Of a DNA stretch of 64,000 nucleotides, positions 38,521 through 48,916 are shown piece by piece (positions within the stretch are counted from its first letter, which is position 1; every line of letters begins with the position of its first letter). The stretch is taken from contig JAWLHY010000011.1 in assembly GCA_041690135.1 (NCBI GenBank), positions 1 to 64,000 on the forward strand, read 5' to 3'. The notes under the pieces are model-generated. The model saw nothing but the letters and a program-made list of their open reading frames with translations. It ran no database searches and was not told the origin of the DNA. A program made the translations under genes and the position numbers. This DNA comes from Armatimonadota bacterium (GTDB lineage: Bacteria > Armatimonadota > SYMT01).

Positions 38521-39414
38521 ATGACGACAGTTGGCGGTTATGCGGAACGAAAATCGCGCCCGGCGGGTGGATCCCCTTCCTATCCGGCTATTATCTCACG
38601 GCAAGATTCGGCGGACCTTCGTGAGGGCTGCGGATTCCTGCTCGACATGGATGGGGTCATCTATCGCGGAGAGGTGCCTATCCCGGGAGCGGCAGAGTTC
38701 ATCCACGCGTTGCGCGAGCGGGAAATCCCGTTCCTTTTCCTCACCAATAACAGCGCCAGCGCGCCGCGCGACTATGTCGTGAAGCTGCAAAAACTGGGCA
38801 TGGAAGTGGAAGAAGAACATTTTTACACCTGCGCGATGGCGACCGTCGATTTTCTCCAGCAGCAGAAGCCGCGGGGGACCGCCTTCGTAATCGGCGAGGG
38901 CGGGCTGGTCTCCGCGCTGCACCAGGCGGGCTTTGGGATTACCAGTCAACAGCCGGACTACGTGATCGTGGGCGAGGGCCGCACCCTCAACTTCGAGATG
39001 GCGGAGAAGGCCATGATGATGATCCTTAACGGCGCTCATCTGATTGCCACCAACCTGGACGTTTCCTGCCCCACCGCGGCAGGCTCTCGCCCCGGGTGTG
39101 GTGCGCTGGTGGCGATGCTGGAAGCGGCGACCGGCCGGAAGGCCTACAGCGTCGGTAAGCCCAGCCCTTTCATGATGCGTGCGGCCCGGAAACGTCTCGG
39201 GCTGCGAACCTCCGAGACGATCATGGTGGGCGATACCATGGAGACCGACATCCGCGGGGCCCTGGAGCTCGGGTTCCAGGCTGTCCTGGTGCTAACCGGC
39301 AGTACGCGCCGGGAAATGCTCTCCGCGTACCCCTATCAACCCACGCTAGTGGTGGACAGCATTGCGCACATGGACTGGGGCGCGCTGCGGTTAGCGGATC
39401 TCGCTGCCGCGTAG
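38521..39414 (+). CDS. nagD: HAD-IIA hydrolase (NagD-like)
   Basis: LLDMDGVIYRG, FLTNNS, VGKPSP and MVGDTMETDI motifs. Confidence 0.88.
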   Translation: MTTVGGYAERKSRPAGGSPSYPAIISRQDSADLREGCGFLLDMDGVIYRGEVPIPGAAEFIHALREREIPFLFLTNNSASAPRDYVVKLQKLGMEVEEEHFYTCAMATVDFLQQQKPRGTAFVIGEGGLVSALHQAGFGITSQQPDYVIVGEGRTLNFEMAEKAMMMILNGAHLIATNLDVSCPTAAGSRPGCGALVAMLEAATGRKAYSVGKPSPFMMRAARKRLGLRTSETIMVGDTMETDIRGALELGFQAVLVLTGSTRREMLSAYPYQPTLVVDSIAHMDWGALRLADLAAA

Positions 39415-39597
39415 GACAGCATCGGTGCTCTTGAGGGGATGCTCCCATGGGGGGCAAGGTAGAAACCGGGGGTGCATGCCCCCGGTGGCCGCTGAGTATA
39501 CTTCGCTCCGGGACACATCCGTGCTGCCGGTGGGTATCCTGATACCTGTAGGGGTGGGGGACTGTTCCGCACCCGCGAGACCGCCGGGGGAAACCGC

Positions 39598-40122
39598 GTG
39601 TTTTGGTTAGAGATTGCGCCAACGAGCGCCGCAGCGAACCCGTTTGCCGTGCTTTCGCTCATCGTGGCGCCCGCGGTGCTCACCAATGCCTCCTCGGTGT
39701 TGATCATGAGCACCAGCAACCGCCTGGCCCGAGCCGCCGACCGCGCCCGCACCCTGGCGGCGGAGTTGGAGCAGGAAGGCGCCCCGGCCGATGCGCGCTC
39801 CCCCATGCGTCTGCGGGAGTTGACGGCTACGGAAGAACGGGCGCTGCTGCTCCTGCGCGCGCTTCGTCAGTTCTACACGGCCCTGGGCGGTTTCGCCAGC
39901 GCGGCGCTCCTGTCCCTTGTGGGGGCGGTGATCTTCGCGGCCAGCCCGGTATGGCTGACCCGGAGCCTCGAAGTGGTGGCCGTGGCCGCGGGACTTTGGG
40001 CGGTGGTCGCGCTGGTGCTCGGGTCGCTGACCCTCCTGCGTGAAACTCGGATTGCCGTGGACGTGCTGCACGAACGCGCGGCGCACCTGCGCGAAGTGCT
40101 GGGCGACCTGGGGCCGGATTGA
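39598..40122 (+). CDS. DUF2721-like membrane protein
   Basis: LIVAPAVLTNASSVL...STSNRLARAADRAR; 3 TM. Confidence 0.75.
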   Translation: MFWLEIAPTSAAANPFAVLSLIVAPAVLTNASSVLIMSTSNRLARAADRARTLAAELEQEGAPADARSPMRLRELTATEERALLLLRALRQFYTALGGFASAALLSLVGAVIFAASPVWLTRSLEVVAVAAGLWAVVALVLGSLTLLRETRIAVDVLHERAAHLREVLGDLGPD

Positions 40123-40166
40123 GAAGAGGGGTGAGGGCTCAAACTCACCCCTCCACCGCACTCCGA

Positions 40167-41051
40167 CTAGCGGCCGAACAGGGACTCGTCCAGGAAGTTG
40201 GGCGGATAGTAGAAGCCTCCCCACGTGCCGGGGGCAAACCGTCCGTGTATCGCCCGGCGGCGGCGTGTCTGCGGGTTGGCCGAGAACGTGCCCCCGAAGA
40301 AATCGCCGGCCTCCCGCCGGAACGTCTGCGGATTGAACCGCAGCGACGGCACGAAGCGGAGATCCTCGGGCCAGTCCGGTGTATAGGGCGCGTACGGCGC
40401 ATAAGGGTACCGGTGTCCCGCGATTACCGGGTACTGCGGCGCCCACGGCGGGTAATACCCCGGCGCTCCCAGGTAATCCGGAACATAAAACGGCGCGTAT
40501 CCCGAACCGACGTAGGGATCGAGTGCCACGGGATACCGGTCCACGTCGCGCAGATCCTCCACCGTTCCCGGCACGCCGGTCACGACAGGAGGCGTAGGCC
40601 CCACCACCACTTCATTGACGATCTGCGGCGCTGGATCAGCGGTAGTCCCGGAGGGCGTCCGCTCGACGACGGTGACTTCCGGATTTGGTACGGAACCTGC
40701 GTTGTCGGACCGCGCTTCTGAACGGTATCCCGCCACGAGACTCTCCGGCTCCCGGGGGTCATCGAGGCGCAGCACGAACTGCTTCCCGTTCCGCACCAGG
40801 GTGACCTGTTCCGGACCCACCTTCTGGAGCCGGTAGCCGAAAGCAGTCTCCCCCGGTTGCAGGGTCGCCTTTGCTCGCGTGTCCCGGTTTACGAGCCAGG
40901 CTTGCACTCGGTCCCCGATCTGTGTCACCCCCACCAGCGCCAACCCTTTCGGCGCCTGCGCCGTGCGGTCCCCCTGCTGGGCCGCAGCGGCACCCGTGCT
41001 CACCAGGGCGAGCGTCGCCAGGCCCGCACTCCAGCCGCTTATCAACTTCAT
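40167..41051 (-). CDS. Secreted hypothetical protein (PilP/GspC-like beta domain plus Pro/Tyr-rich tail)
   Basis: Signal peptide; LVGVTQIG...AWL...GETAFGYRLQKV...VTL; RBS AAGGAG. Confidence 0.65.
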   Translation of the reverse strand: MKLISGWSAGLATLALVSTGAAAAQQGDRTAQAPKGLALVGVTQIGDRVQAWLVNRDTRAKATLQPGETAFGYRLQKVGPEQVTLVRNGKQFVLRLDDPREPESLVAGYRSEARSDNAGSVPNPEVTVVERTPSGTTADPAPQIVNEVVVGPTPPVVTGVPGTVEDLRDVDRYPVALDPYVGSGYAPFYVPDYLGAPGYYPPWAPQYPVIAGHRYPYAPYAPYTPDWPEDLRFVPSLRFNPQTFRREAGDFFGGTFSANPQTRRRRAIHGRFAPGTWGGFYYPPNFLDESLFGR

Positions 41052-41217
41052 GGTCCCCTCTCCTTACTCCCTCGCCTCGCTTTCCTTACGGCGATACTTA
41101 CCCGGAGAGAGCGCAACTGAAATACTGCTTCGCGGATGATGCTGATTCGTATACTGGTGTGGGGCGGTCCGGGCATGGTGGCCGGGCCGGTCTTGCTTTG
41201 TACAAAGGAGTCCGTTC

Positions 41218-41940
41218 GTGAAGTTTCGCAGTAGAAAGGCATTCACCCTCATCGAGTTGCTCGTGGTGATTGCCATTATCGCCATCCTCGCCGCCATTCT
41301 CTTCCCGGTCTTCGCCCGCGCCCGTGAGGCCGCCCGCAAGACCTCCTGCATCAACAACCTGCGCCAGATCGGCACCGCGATCCAGATGTATTCCCAGGAC
41401 TACGACGAATCGCTGCCCTCCGGAGTGTTGGGTTCCGCGGGTATCGGGTCGACGCCCGCCTGGAGCCAGTATGGCTGGAGTTACATCTTCACCCTGCTCG
41501 ACCCGTACACCAAGAACACGGGAATCTACGGTTGCCCCAGCGCCACCGGGAGCATGGTGGGCCCTGCCGGAAACCAGATCAAGGTGAGCTACGGCTACAG
41601 CGAGTATCTCTATGACGTCGGGCGGGGCTGGTCCAAGGAAGCCGCGCTGGCGGGAAGCCGCCATGGGGTCGCCAACATCGCCGTCATCGCCGACTCGCGC
41701 TTTGCCGGGATCTTCAACGACTGGGACAACGGCAACACGGGCAACGCCACCTACCCCACCAACTTCCTCGCGCGGGTAGCCCTGGCGAACGGCGCTACGC
41801 CCCGGCATGAGGGCAGCAACTTCGTGTTCGCGGATGGGCACGCCAAGTTCTACCCCGTCAACGGCATTGTCTGCCCGCAGGCTCAGGGTGCCGCCGGTCA
41901 GAAGCCGATCGTGAACCCGGCCGCCAACCTGTTGCCGTAA
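41218..41940 (+). CDS. Prepilin-type N-terminal cleavage/methylation DUF1559 protein with H-X9-DG motif
   Basis: [42 protein letters not shown] and [15 protein letters not shown] motifs. Confidence 0.93.
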   Translation: MKFRSRKAFTLIELLVVIAIIAILAAILFPVFARAREAARKTSCINNLRQIGTAIQMYSQDYDESLPSGVLGSAGIGSTPAWSQYGWSYIFTLLDPYTKNTGIYGCPSATGSMVGPAGNQIKVSYGYSEYLYDVGRGWSKEAALAGSRHGVANIAVIADSRFAGIFNDWDNGNTGNATYPTNFLARVALANGATPRHEGSNFVFADGHAKFYPVNGIVCPQAQGAAGQKPIVNPAANLLP

Positions 41941-41980
41941 GCAGAAGGGAAGGACGCTCCCTCCGTCGGGAGAGGTGCGC

Positions 41981-42020
41981 AGAGGCGAGGCGGGACGGAA
42001 GTCTCGCCCCGCCTCTTTTT
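41981..42020 (+). terminator. Intrinsic terminator
   Basis: AGAGGCGAGGCGGGAC GGAA GTCTCGCCCCGCCTCT TTTT. Confidence 0.75.
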
Positions 42021-42171
42021 GCGAGTCTCACCTCCACTTCGTTCGGCCGCCACACCTTTCCGCCATGAATGAAGGACAATCCAGAGGGTCTACGACCGCG
42101 CGGTTGCGCATGCGCGGTCCCGGCCGTAGGTTCGATCCCACGGATTTTCTACAGCGCAGAGCGAGGTCTTC

Positions 42172-43698
42172 ATGAGTCAACCCACCGTCCCCGTGCTGAT
42201 TGCCGGCCAGTGGCGCGAGAGCCAGTCCGCCGGCACGTTCCAGGCCGATAACCCGTCGCTGGGCGCGGCGCTGCCGGAGATTTATCCCGTCTCGTCGCGG
42301 GAGGAGGTGCTGGAGGCGATCTGGGCCGGCAGCGAGGCCGCCGAGGCGCTGCGCACCACCTCGGGCGAGCGCATCGCCGCCTTCCTGGAGGCGTTCGCCG
42401 CTGGCATCGAGCAGCGCGCGGAGGAGTTGGTGGAGCTGGCGCATGCGGAGAGCGGGCTGCCGAAATCGCCGCGCCTGAAGGACGTGGAGCTTCCCCGGAC
42501 CACCGGCCAGCTCCGGCAGGCGGCGAAGGCGGCGCGGGAAGGCTCCTGGCGGCGACCGATCCGGGACGAGGCGCTCAAGATCTATTCCGTCTTCGCGCCC
42601 TTGGGCGGTCCCGTGGTGGTGATGGGTCCCAATAACTTCCCCTTTGCCTTCAACTCCGCGGCCGGAGGCGACTTCGCCGCGGCCCTGGCGGCCCACAACC
42701 CGGTGATCGCCAAGGCCAACACCAGCCACCCGGGCACCACGCGCCTGCTGGCGGAGATCGCCCACGAGGCGGCCCAGGCCCAGGGGCTGCACCCGGCGAC
42801 CGTGCAGTTGCTCTACCGCACCCCGCGGGAGGTGGGCCTGGAACTGGTCTCCCATCCGCTGGTGGGGGCGACCGGCTTCACCGGCAGCAAAAGCGCGGGG
42901 CTCCAGCTCAAGGCGGCGGCGGACCGCGCCGGCAAGCCGATCTACCTGGAGATGTCGAGCGTGAACCCGGTGGTCCTGCTCGACGGAGCGCTGCGGGAAC
43001 GCGGTGCCGCAATCGCGGAGGAGTTCTTCGGCTCCTGCACCATGGGCGCGGGCCAGTTCTGCACCAACCCCGGGTTTGTGGTGGTGCCGGACACCGAGGC
43101 GGGACGCGCGTTCATCGAAGCGGCCTGCGCAAAGTTCACCGCGGGCACCCCGGGCGTGCTCCTGGGTAAGGGTGGGCGTGAGGGCCTCGTCGCGGCGGTG
43201 GCGGAACTGCGGAAGTACGGCGCCACCCTCGTTTGCGGGGGCGAGCCGGCCGAAGGCCCGGCCTACCGGTACGCCAACACGCTGCTGCAGGTCTCCGGCG
43301 ACGACTTCCTGAAGCACTCCGAAGAGCTGCAGACCGAGGCGTTCGGCCCCGTCTCCCTGCTGGTGCTCTCGCGCGACACGGAGCAGACCGTTGCCATCCT
43401 CCGGCATCTGGAAGGTAACCTCACGGGAACCATCTACTCCGACACCTCCGGCAGCGATGACGCGGAGTACGCGGTGATCGAGCCGCACCTCCGCCAGAAG
43501 GTCGGCCGCCTGATCAACGACAAGATGCCCACGGGCGTGGCCGTCAGCCCGGCCATGAATCACGGCGGCCCCTATCCCGCCACCGGCCACCCCGGCTTCA
43601 CCGCGGTGGGCATGCCCACCAGCATCGTGCGGTTCGCGGCCCTACACTGCTACGATAACGTCCGCCCGGAGCGCCTGCCGGAAGACCTCCGCCCTTGA
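42172..43698 (+). CDS. NADP+-dependent aldehyde dehydrogenase (alpha-ketoglutaric semialdehyde dehydrogenase-like)
   Basis: GPNNFPFAF, GFTGS, YLEMSSVNP, GQFCTNPG, EAFGP and HGGPYPAT motifs. Confidence 0.92.
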   Translation: MSQPTVPVLIAGQWRESQSAGTFQADNPSLGAALPEIYPVSSREEVLEAIWAGSEAAEALRTTSGERIAAFLEAFAAGIEQRAEELVELAHAESGLPKSPRLKDVELPRTTGQLRQAAKAAREGSWRRPIRDEALKIYSVFAPLGGPVVVMGPNNFPFAFNSAAGGDFAAALAAHNPVIAKANTSHPGTTRLLAEIAHEAAQAQGLHPATVQLLYRTPREVGLELVSHPLVGATGFTGSKSAGLQLKAAADRAGKPIYLEMSSVNPVVLLDGALRERGAAIAEEFFGSCTMGAGQFCTNPGFVVVPDTEAGRAFIEAACAKFTAGTPGVLLGKGGREGLVAAVAELRKYGATLVCGGEPAEGPAYRYANTLLQVSGDDFLKHSEELQTEAFGPVSLLVLSRDTEQTVAILRHLEGNLTGTIYSDTSGSDDAEYAVIEPHLRQKVGRLINDKMPTGVAVSPAMNHGGPYPATGHPGFTAVGMPTSIVRFAALHCYDNVRPERLPEDLRP

Positions 43699-43929
43699 GG
43701 CAACCGGGTGTTGCGCAAGACTCTGCGGAAAGTAGGAACCTGTTCACCAATTGGCACGACAGGATCAACTTCACTCGTAGTGGAATGGAGCGGCGTCACA
43801 TTCCCTACACTGCCGTCGTCCCCGAGTCTTGCAATGCGCCAACAGCGACTTCTTCGTTCAGGGGAGGCCGACTCGGCCTCCCCTCAATGTTCGGGGCGTC
43901 CCTCACCCACGGGATCAGTATTGAGACAA

Positions 43930-44094
43930 CTACTTCTCCTGGGCCAATCGGTTCCGGTGACGCTGCACCAAGTCTTTCATCACCTGTTCCCCATTCAGAA
44001 GCTCTCCCCGGCATGCTTCCTGTCGTCCAGCGGAGATCTTTTCACGCAACTTCTCGAGAGTTGTCGGACGGGGTGCTTCGGGTTCTTCAGGCAT
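43930..44094 (-). CDS. Small protein resembling the C-terminal half of ParD-type antitoxins
   Basis: RBS AGGAG; LEKLREKISAGRQEACRGELLNGEQVMKDL; followed by TTG TCT CAA TAC TGA. Confidence 0.45.
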   Translation of the reverse strand: MPEEPEAPRPTTLEKLREKISAGRQEACRGELLNGEQVMKDLVQRHRNRLAQEK

Positions 44095-44167
44095 CGCAGG
44101 AACTCCTGATGGTGGTGGGGAAACGGGAGCGGTATCTTCGTGTAATAAACTCTCCCCACGTCCTTCC

Positions 44168-45505
44168 ATGAAACGATTTTACCTCCTCTTTTCCGTCCTC
44201 GTGCTTGCCGCCGCCGCCGTGCAGGCCGCGCGTCCCGGTGATTACACCGGGGACCGCTATTTCGACGTCGAGTACGCGCCGTCCACCAAACCGGGGGAGT
44301 TGCCGTATGGCGTTACCTACACCCTCTGGATTCCCGGCGGCGCGAAAACACTGCGTGGCGTCATCGTGCACCAGCACGGCTGCGGGGCCGGGGCGTGCAA
44401 GGGCGGGGAGACGGCGGCGTACGACCTGCACTGGCAGGCGCTGGCCCGGAAGTGGGACTGCGCGCTGCTCGGCCCGTCCTACCATCAGGAAGACGGGCAG
44501 AACTGCCGGCTCTGGTGCGATCCGCGCAACGGTTCGGAGAAGACCTTCCTGCGGGCGCTGCGGGAGATCGGCGAGAAGTCGGGCCATCCGGAGTTGGAGC
44601 GCGCTCCCTGGGCGCTCTGGGGGCACTCCGGCGGCGGGTTCTGGGCGAGCCTGATGCAGGCGCTTCATCCCGAGCGGATCATCGGGATCTGGTTCCGCTC
44701 CGGCACGGCCTTCCAGACCTGGGAGAAGGGGGAGATCCCGAAGCCGGAGATCCCCGTGGCCGCCATGCAGATCCCGATGATGTGCAACCCCGGCGCGAAG
44801 GAGAACGGCGACCAGCGGTTCAACGGCGCCTGGACCGGTACCATGGCGATGTTCCGCGCCTACCGCGCGCAGGGCGCTCCTATCGGGTTCGCCCCCGATC
44901 CCCGCACCAGCCACGAGTGCGGCGACTCGCGCTACCTTTCCATCCCGTTCTTCGATGCCTGCCTGGCGATGCGCCTGCCGGAGAAGGTGGGGATGCCGTT
45001 GAAGCCGGTCGACATGAAACAGGCCTGGCTGGCCCCGGTGCTGGCGACGGAGGCAAAGCCGGCCGTGCGGTTCGAGGGCAAGCCCGAGGAAGCGGTCTGG
45101 CTTCCCAACGAGCGGTTCGCCCGGTACTGGAGCGAGTACGTGCGGACCGGCGCCGTAAGCGACACCACTCCGCCCCCCGCTCCGGCCTCCGTGACGGTCA
45201 CCTCCCGGCCCGAAGGCGTGGAAATCATGTGGAAGGCGGAAGCGGACTTCGAGAGCGGTCTCCAGGCCTTCATCGTGCAGCGCGACGGCCAGAATCTCGC
45301 ACAGGTGCCGGAGAAGCCGGTCGGCCGCTTCGGGCGACCGCTCTTTCAGCGGATGTCCTACCACGATACGCCGGAGGCCCCGATCCCCGAACTTCGGTTC
45401 GTGGACACCACGGCCAAACCCGGGGCGAAACACACCTACCGCGTGATCGCCGTCAACAGCGTCGGCCTTAAGTCTAAACCCACGTCGGCTCGCGTCGTCG
45501 AATAG
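44168..45505 (+). CDS. Secreted alpha/beta-hydrolase-like protein with a C-terminal FN3-like domain
   Basis: Signal peptide; HQHGCG, WGHSGGG nucleophile elbow and YRVIAVNSVGLKS. Confidence 0.8.
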   Translation: MKRFYLLFSVLVLAAAAVQAARPGDYTGDRYFDVEYAPSTKPGELPYGVTYTLWIPGGAKTLRGVIVHQHGCGAGACKGGETAAYDLHWQALARKWDCALLGPSYHQEDGQNCRLWCDPRNGSEKTFLRALREIGEKSGHPELERAPWALWGHSGGGFWASLMQALHPERIIGIWFRSGTAFQTWEKGEIPKPEIPVAAMQIPMMCNPGAKENGDQRFNGAWTGTMAMFRAYRAQGAPIGFAPDPRTSHECGDSRYLSIPFFDACLAMRLPEKVGMPLKPVDMKQAWLAPVLATEAKPAVRFEGKPEEAVWLPNERFARYWSEYVRTGAVSDTTPPPAPASVTVTSRPEGVEIMWKAEADFESGLQAFIVQRDGQNLAQVPEKPVGRFGRPLFQRMSYHDTPEAPIPELRFVDTTAKPGAKHTYRVIAVNSVGLKSKPTSARVVE

Positions 45506-45897
45506 CCTCTATCTCTGCGCCTTCCATATGTCGGTAGTCCCATCTTGAACCCGATGGGACTGCCGTTTCGCTCCATACAACATCCGCACCACGCACCGGT
45601 AGGAGCGAACTCATACACGTACCTACCACCTCCGCCCCGGCTACTCTGCCGCGGCTTTGATCCCCAACCGAGCGCCCACGGAGGTGGGCAGCGTGTTTTG
45701 CCCGAGCCCGACCGTTCAGGGTCGGGGGGACCGCGGAAGTGCGCCCTCGATAGAGGTTCCTGGTACCCATCTCGCATCGTTATCTCCCCGGTTTCACCAC
45801 TTTCCAATGCCTGCCCGTTTCCCTGCCCCTCCGATCTCATATAATATTACGGTCGTAATCTTATTCAGGAGCCATGGCTCGGAAAGAGGTAGGGAGT

Positions 45898-47136
45898 ATG
45901 GAACGTCGGGTCGTCATCACCGGTATGGGCACCGTCAATCCGCTGGGGCGTACCGTGCCCGTCTTCTGGGAGGCCCTCTGCGCGGGCCGGAGTGGGATCG
46001 ACCTCATCCGGCAGTTCGATCCCTCGGAGTTCAAGGTGCGGATCGCCGGTGAAGTTAAAGAATTCGATCCGGCGGCGGAGCTAGGCGCCAAGGCGGCGCA
46101 ACGCCTGGACCGCTTTTCCCAGTTTGCGTTGGTCTCGGCCCTCCAGGCGGTAGCGGAAAGTGGAATTGATTTCTCGCAGGAGGACCCCTATCGCTGTGGA
46201 GTCGTTCTGGGCTGCGGGATCGGCGGGCTGAACGAGTTTGAAGAAGGCCATGCCCGCTACGCGCAGGGTGGGGCGCGCAAGGTGAGCCCCTTCATCATTC
46301 CGAAGATGATGCCCAACGCCGCGCCGGCCACGCTCTCCATTCACTTCGGCCTGGGCGGCGCGTCCACCGCGGTGGCCTCGGCCTGTGCCTCGTCCGCGGA
46401 TGCGGTGGGAGAGGCGTTCCGCGCTATCCGCGGCGGCTATGCCGACGTGATGCTCACCGGCGGGGCGGAAGCGCCGATCACGCCCGTAGGATTGAGCGGC
46501 TTCATGGCGGCCCGCTCCCTCTCCACCCGGAATGAGGACCCGGCCGCCGCCAGCCGGCCGTTCGACCGGGACCGGGACGGCTTCGTCCTGAGTGAAGGCG
46601 CGGGAGTCGTCGTGCTGGAGGAGTTGGAGCGAGCGAAGAAACGGGGGGCGGTCATCTACGCTGAACTGCTCGGGTCGGCCAGCACCTCCGACGCGCACCA
46701 CATCACGGCGCCGCATCCCGATGGCATCGGCGCCGCGCGGGCGGTGGAAGAGGCGCTACGGGATGCGAGACTGCGCCCGGAGGACGTCGATTACGTGAAT
46801 GCCCACGCAACCAGCACCGGGCTGGGCGACATCGCGGAGACCCGCGCGCTCAAACGCGCGTTCGGACCGCATGCTTACCGCCTGGCGGTGAGCAGTATCA
46901 AGAGCATGACCGGCCACCTCTGCGGGGCGAGCGGCGCCGTCGAACTGATCGCGACCGCCCTCGCGCTCCATCACGGGGTGATCCCGCCGACCCTGAATCT
47001 CGAGAACCCCGATCCCGAATGCGATCTGGACTATGTCCCGCGGGAGGCGCACCAGAGCCCCATACGCCGTGCCGTCTCCACAAGCTTCGGTTTCGGCGGG
47101 CACAACGGGTGCCTGGTCGTCGGCAAGCTGGAGTAA
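45898..47136 (+). CDS. fabF: 3-oxoacyl-ACP synthase II
   Basis: RRVVITGMG, SACAS, SRPFDRDRDGFV, NAHATST, KSMTGH and SFGFGGHN motifs. Confidence 0.95.
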   Translation: MERRVVITGMGTVNPLGRTVPVFWEALCAGRSGIDLIRQFDPSEFKVRIAGEVKEFDPAAELGAKAAQRLDRFSQFALVSALQAVAESGIDFSQEDPYRCGVVLGCGIGGLNEFEEGHARYAQGGARKVSPFIIPKMMPNAAPATLSIHFGLGGASTAVASACASSADAVGEAFRAIRGGYADVMLTGGAEAPITPVGLSGFMAARSLSTRNEDPAAASRPFDRDRDGFVLSEGAGVVVLEELERAKKRGAVIYAELLGSASTSDAHHITAPHPDGIGAARAVEEALRDARLRPEDVDYVNAHATSTGLGDIAETRALKRAFGPHAYRLAVSSIKSMTGHLCGASGAVELIATALALHHGVIPPTLNLENPDPECDLDYVPREAHQSPIRRAVSTSFGFGGHNGCLVVGKLE

Positions 47137-47166
47137 GCAGCCCGTCACCGCGGGAAACTCGAACCC

Positions 47167-47766
47167 ATGCGTTATCCACCCGAACACAAAGCCCGGACCC
47201 GCGAGCGGATCCTGCAGGCCGCCGCTGATGTCTTCCGCCGGCAGGGCTACCACGCCGCCGGCATTGACCAGGTGATGGCGGCCGCCGGGCTCACGGCCGG
47301 CGCGTTTTATAACCACTTTCCGTCCAAAGAAGCTCTCCTTGCGGAGGTGCTGCCGTATCTCCTTTCCCGGAAACTCGGAATCCTGCCGGAACCCGAGTCG
47401 CCCTCCGGCGAGAAAGCCTGGGCCCTCACCTTTATCGAGAGTTACCTGAGCGCGGCGCATCGGGATCATCCGGAGCGGGGCTGCGCGGTGCCGGCGGTGG
47501 TGTCCGAGTTGCCCCGCTCCGGGGAGGCCCCGCGGACGGCGTTTCAGGATCTCCTCCGCGCCCTTCAAAGTCGCCTGGCCGATGAATTGGGCGGTAGCGG
47601 TCCGGAAGAACCCGCGCGGGAGCAGGCTCTGGTGCTCCTGGCGCTCTGCGTCGGAGGGATCACCCTCTCCCGAGCCGTGCCGGACGCGGATCTTCGTGAA
47701 GAGGTGCTGGTTGCCTGCCGCAAGCACGCACTCCGGCTCCTCCAGCAGGAGCAGCCAGGCGAGTAG
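47167..47766 (+). CDS. TetR/AcrR-family regulator
   Basis: RERILQAAADVFRRQGY...GLTAGAFYNHFPSKEAL. Confidence 0.93.
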   Translation: MRYPPEHKARTRERILQAAADVFRRQGYHAAGIDQVMAAAGLTAGAFYNHFPSKEALLAEVLPYLLSRKLGILPEPESPSGEKAWALTFIESYLSAAHRDHPERGCAVPAVVSELPRSGEAPRTAFQDLLRALQSRLADELGGSGPEEPAREQALVLLALCVGGITLSRAVPDADLREEVLVACRKHALRLLQQEQPGE

Positions 47767-47820
47767 GGCGATGAAGCGGTCTCGAGCGAAAAACGGTGAG
47801 GACATACCGGAGCATCAATC

Positions 47821-47884
47821 TTGACATGCAACCACATGGTTGCGTATGATGCGCTCGGGACATGCAACTGATGAGTTGCATGTC
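47821..47884 (+). promoter_or_regulatory. Sigma70 promoter with two ArsR-type palindromic operators
   Basis: TTGACA (47821)-18 nt-TATGAT (47845); ATGCAACCACATGGTTGCGT and GACATGCAACTGATGAGTTGCATGTC. Confidence 0.8.
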
Positions 47885-47903
47885 TTGGGAGGGAGTGAAC
47901 CCC

Positions 47904-48212
47904 ATGGACCAGGTATTCAAGGCGCTCGCCGATCCCACGCGCCGCCAATTGCTCGATCGGCTCCACGCGGACAACGGCCAGACCCTCGGTGAGCTTTGCG
48001 AGCACCTGGCCATGACCCGGCAGGCGGTGACCAAGCACCTTGGGGTACTCGAAGAGGCGAACCTCGTGGTTGCGGTGCGGCAGGGACGGGAGAAGCTCCA
48101 CTACCTCAATCCCGCGCCGATCCACGAGATCTACGACCGCTGGATCGGCAAGTACGAGCGCCACCGCCTGGAGGCGCTGGCGCAGCTCAAGAGAGGTCTC
48201 GAGGAGGAATAG
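47904..48212 (+). CDS. ArsR/SmtB-family regulator
   Basis: VFKALADPTRRQLL and MTRQAVTKHLGVLEEANLV motifs. Confidence 0.93.
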   Translation: MDQVFKALADPTRRQLLDRLHADNGQTLGELCEHLAMTRQAVTKHLGVLEEANLVVAVRQGREKLHYLNPAPIHEIYDRWIGKYERHRLEALAQLKRGLEEE

Positions 48213-48213
48213 A

Positions 48214-48696
48214 ATGGATAAGCCTAGCTTCGTGTACGTGACCTATATCGCCACCACGCCGGAAAAGCTGTGGGAAGCCCTCACCAGCGCCGAGTTTACG
48301 CAGCAGTACTGGGGCCGTGACTGGCCCCGGCCCGGAAGCGTCCGCAGCATTCAGTCCGACTGGAAAGCCGGCTCGCCCGTCCGGATGGTGCTGGGGGACG
48401 GGGAGATCGAGTGGTGGGGAGAGGTCCTGCAGGCCGACCCCCCGCGCACCCTTTCCTACACCTTCTGCGTGGAGATGGGGACCGAAACGCGCTCCCGGGT
48501 ACGCTTCGAGATTGAACCCTCGGGTCCCGCCGTCAAGCTGACGCTCATCCACGACCAGTTTGCGCCGGAGGCCACTGCGGAGGCGCTCGCCGGTGCGATC
48601 AGCAACGGGTGGCCGGCCATCCTGTCGAGTATGAAAACCCTGCTCGAACGGGGCCGTGCCCTGGAGTTGGGAGCGCCGGCCTCTGCCTCCGGCTAA
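48214..48696 (+). CDS. SRPBCC/AHSA1-domain protein
   Basis: FVYVTYIATTPEKLWEALT and GWPAILSSMKTLLE motifs; coupled to the ArsR gene. Confidence 0.92.
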   Translation: MDKPSFVYVTYIATTPEKLWEALTSAEFTQQYWGRDWPRPGSVRSIQSDWKAGSPVRMVLGDGEIEWWGEVLQADPPRTLSYTFCVEMGTETRSRVRFEIEPSGPAVKLTLIHDQFAPEATAEALAGAISNGWPAILSSMKTLLERGRALELGAPASASG

Positions 48697-48916
48697 GAAA
48701 ACCTCCCGCCGCGTTCAATCGAGGGGAGGGCCTGCCGCTGCGGCGCAGGTCCTCCCCTCGTTGTGTGAGAAGCGGATTGAATTCCGCGCAGGCCGGGAAT
48801 GGGGGAGAGGTTGGGCTCCATCCGTTGAGCTTGAGAGTGCGACGTGTTTAACCCGGGGGCAACTGTCCTGCCTATACTGAGCCGTGCCTACGGAAGAGGA
48901 GAAGGATCAACGCTCG

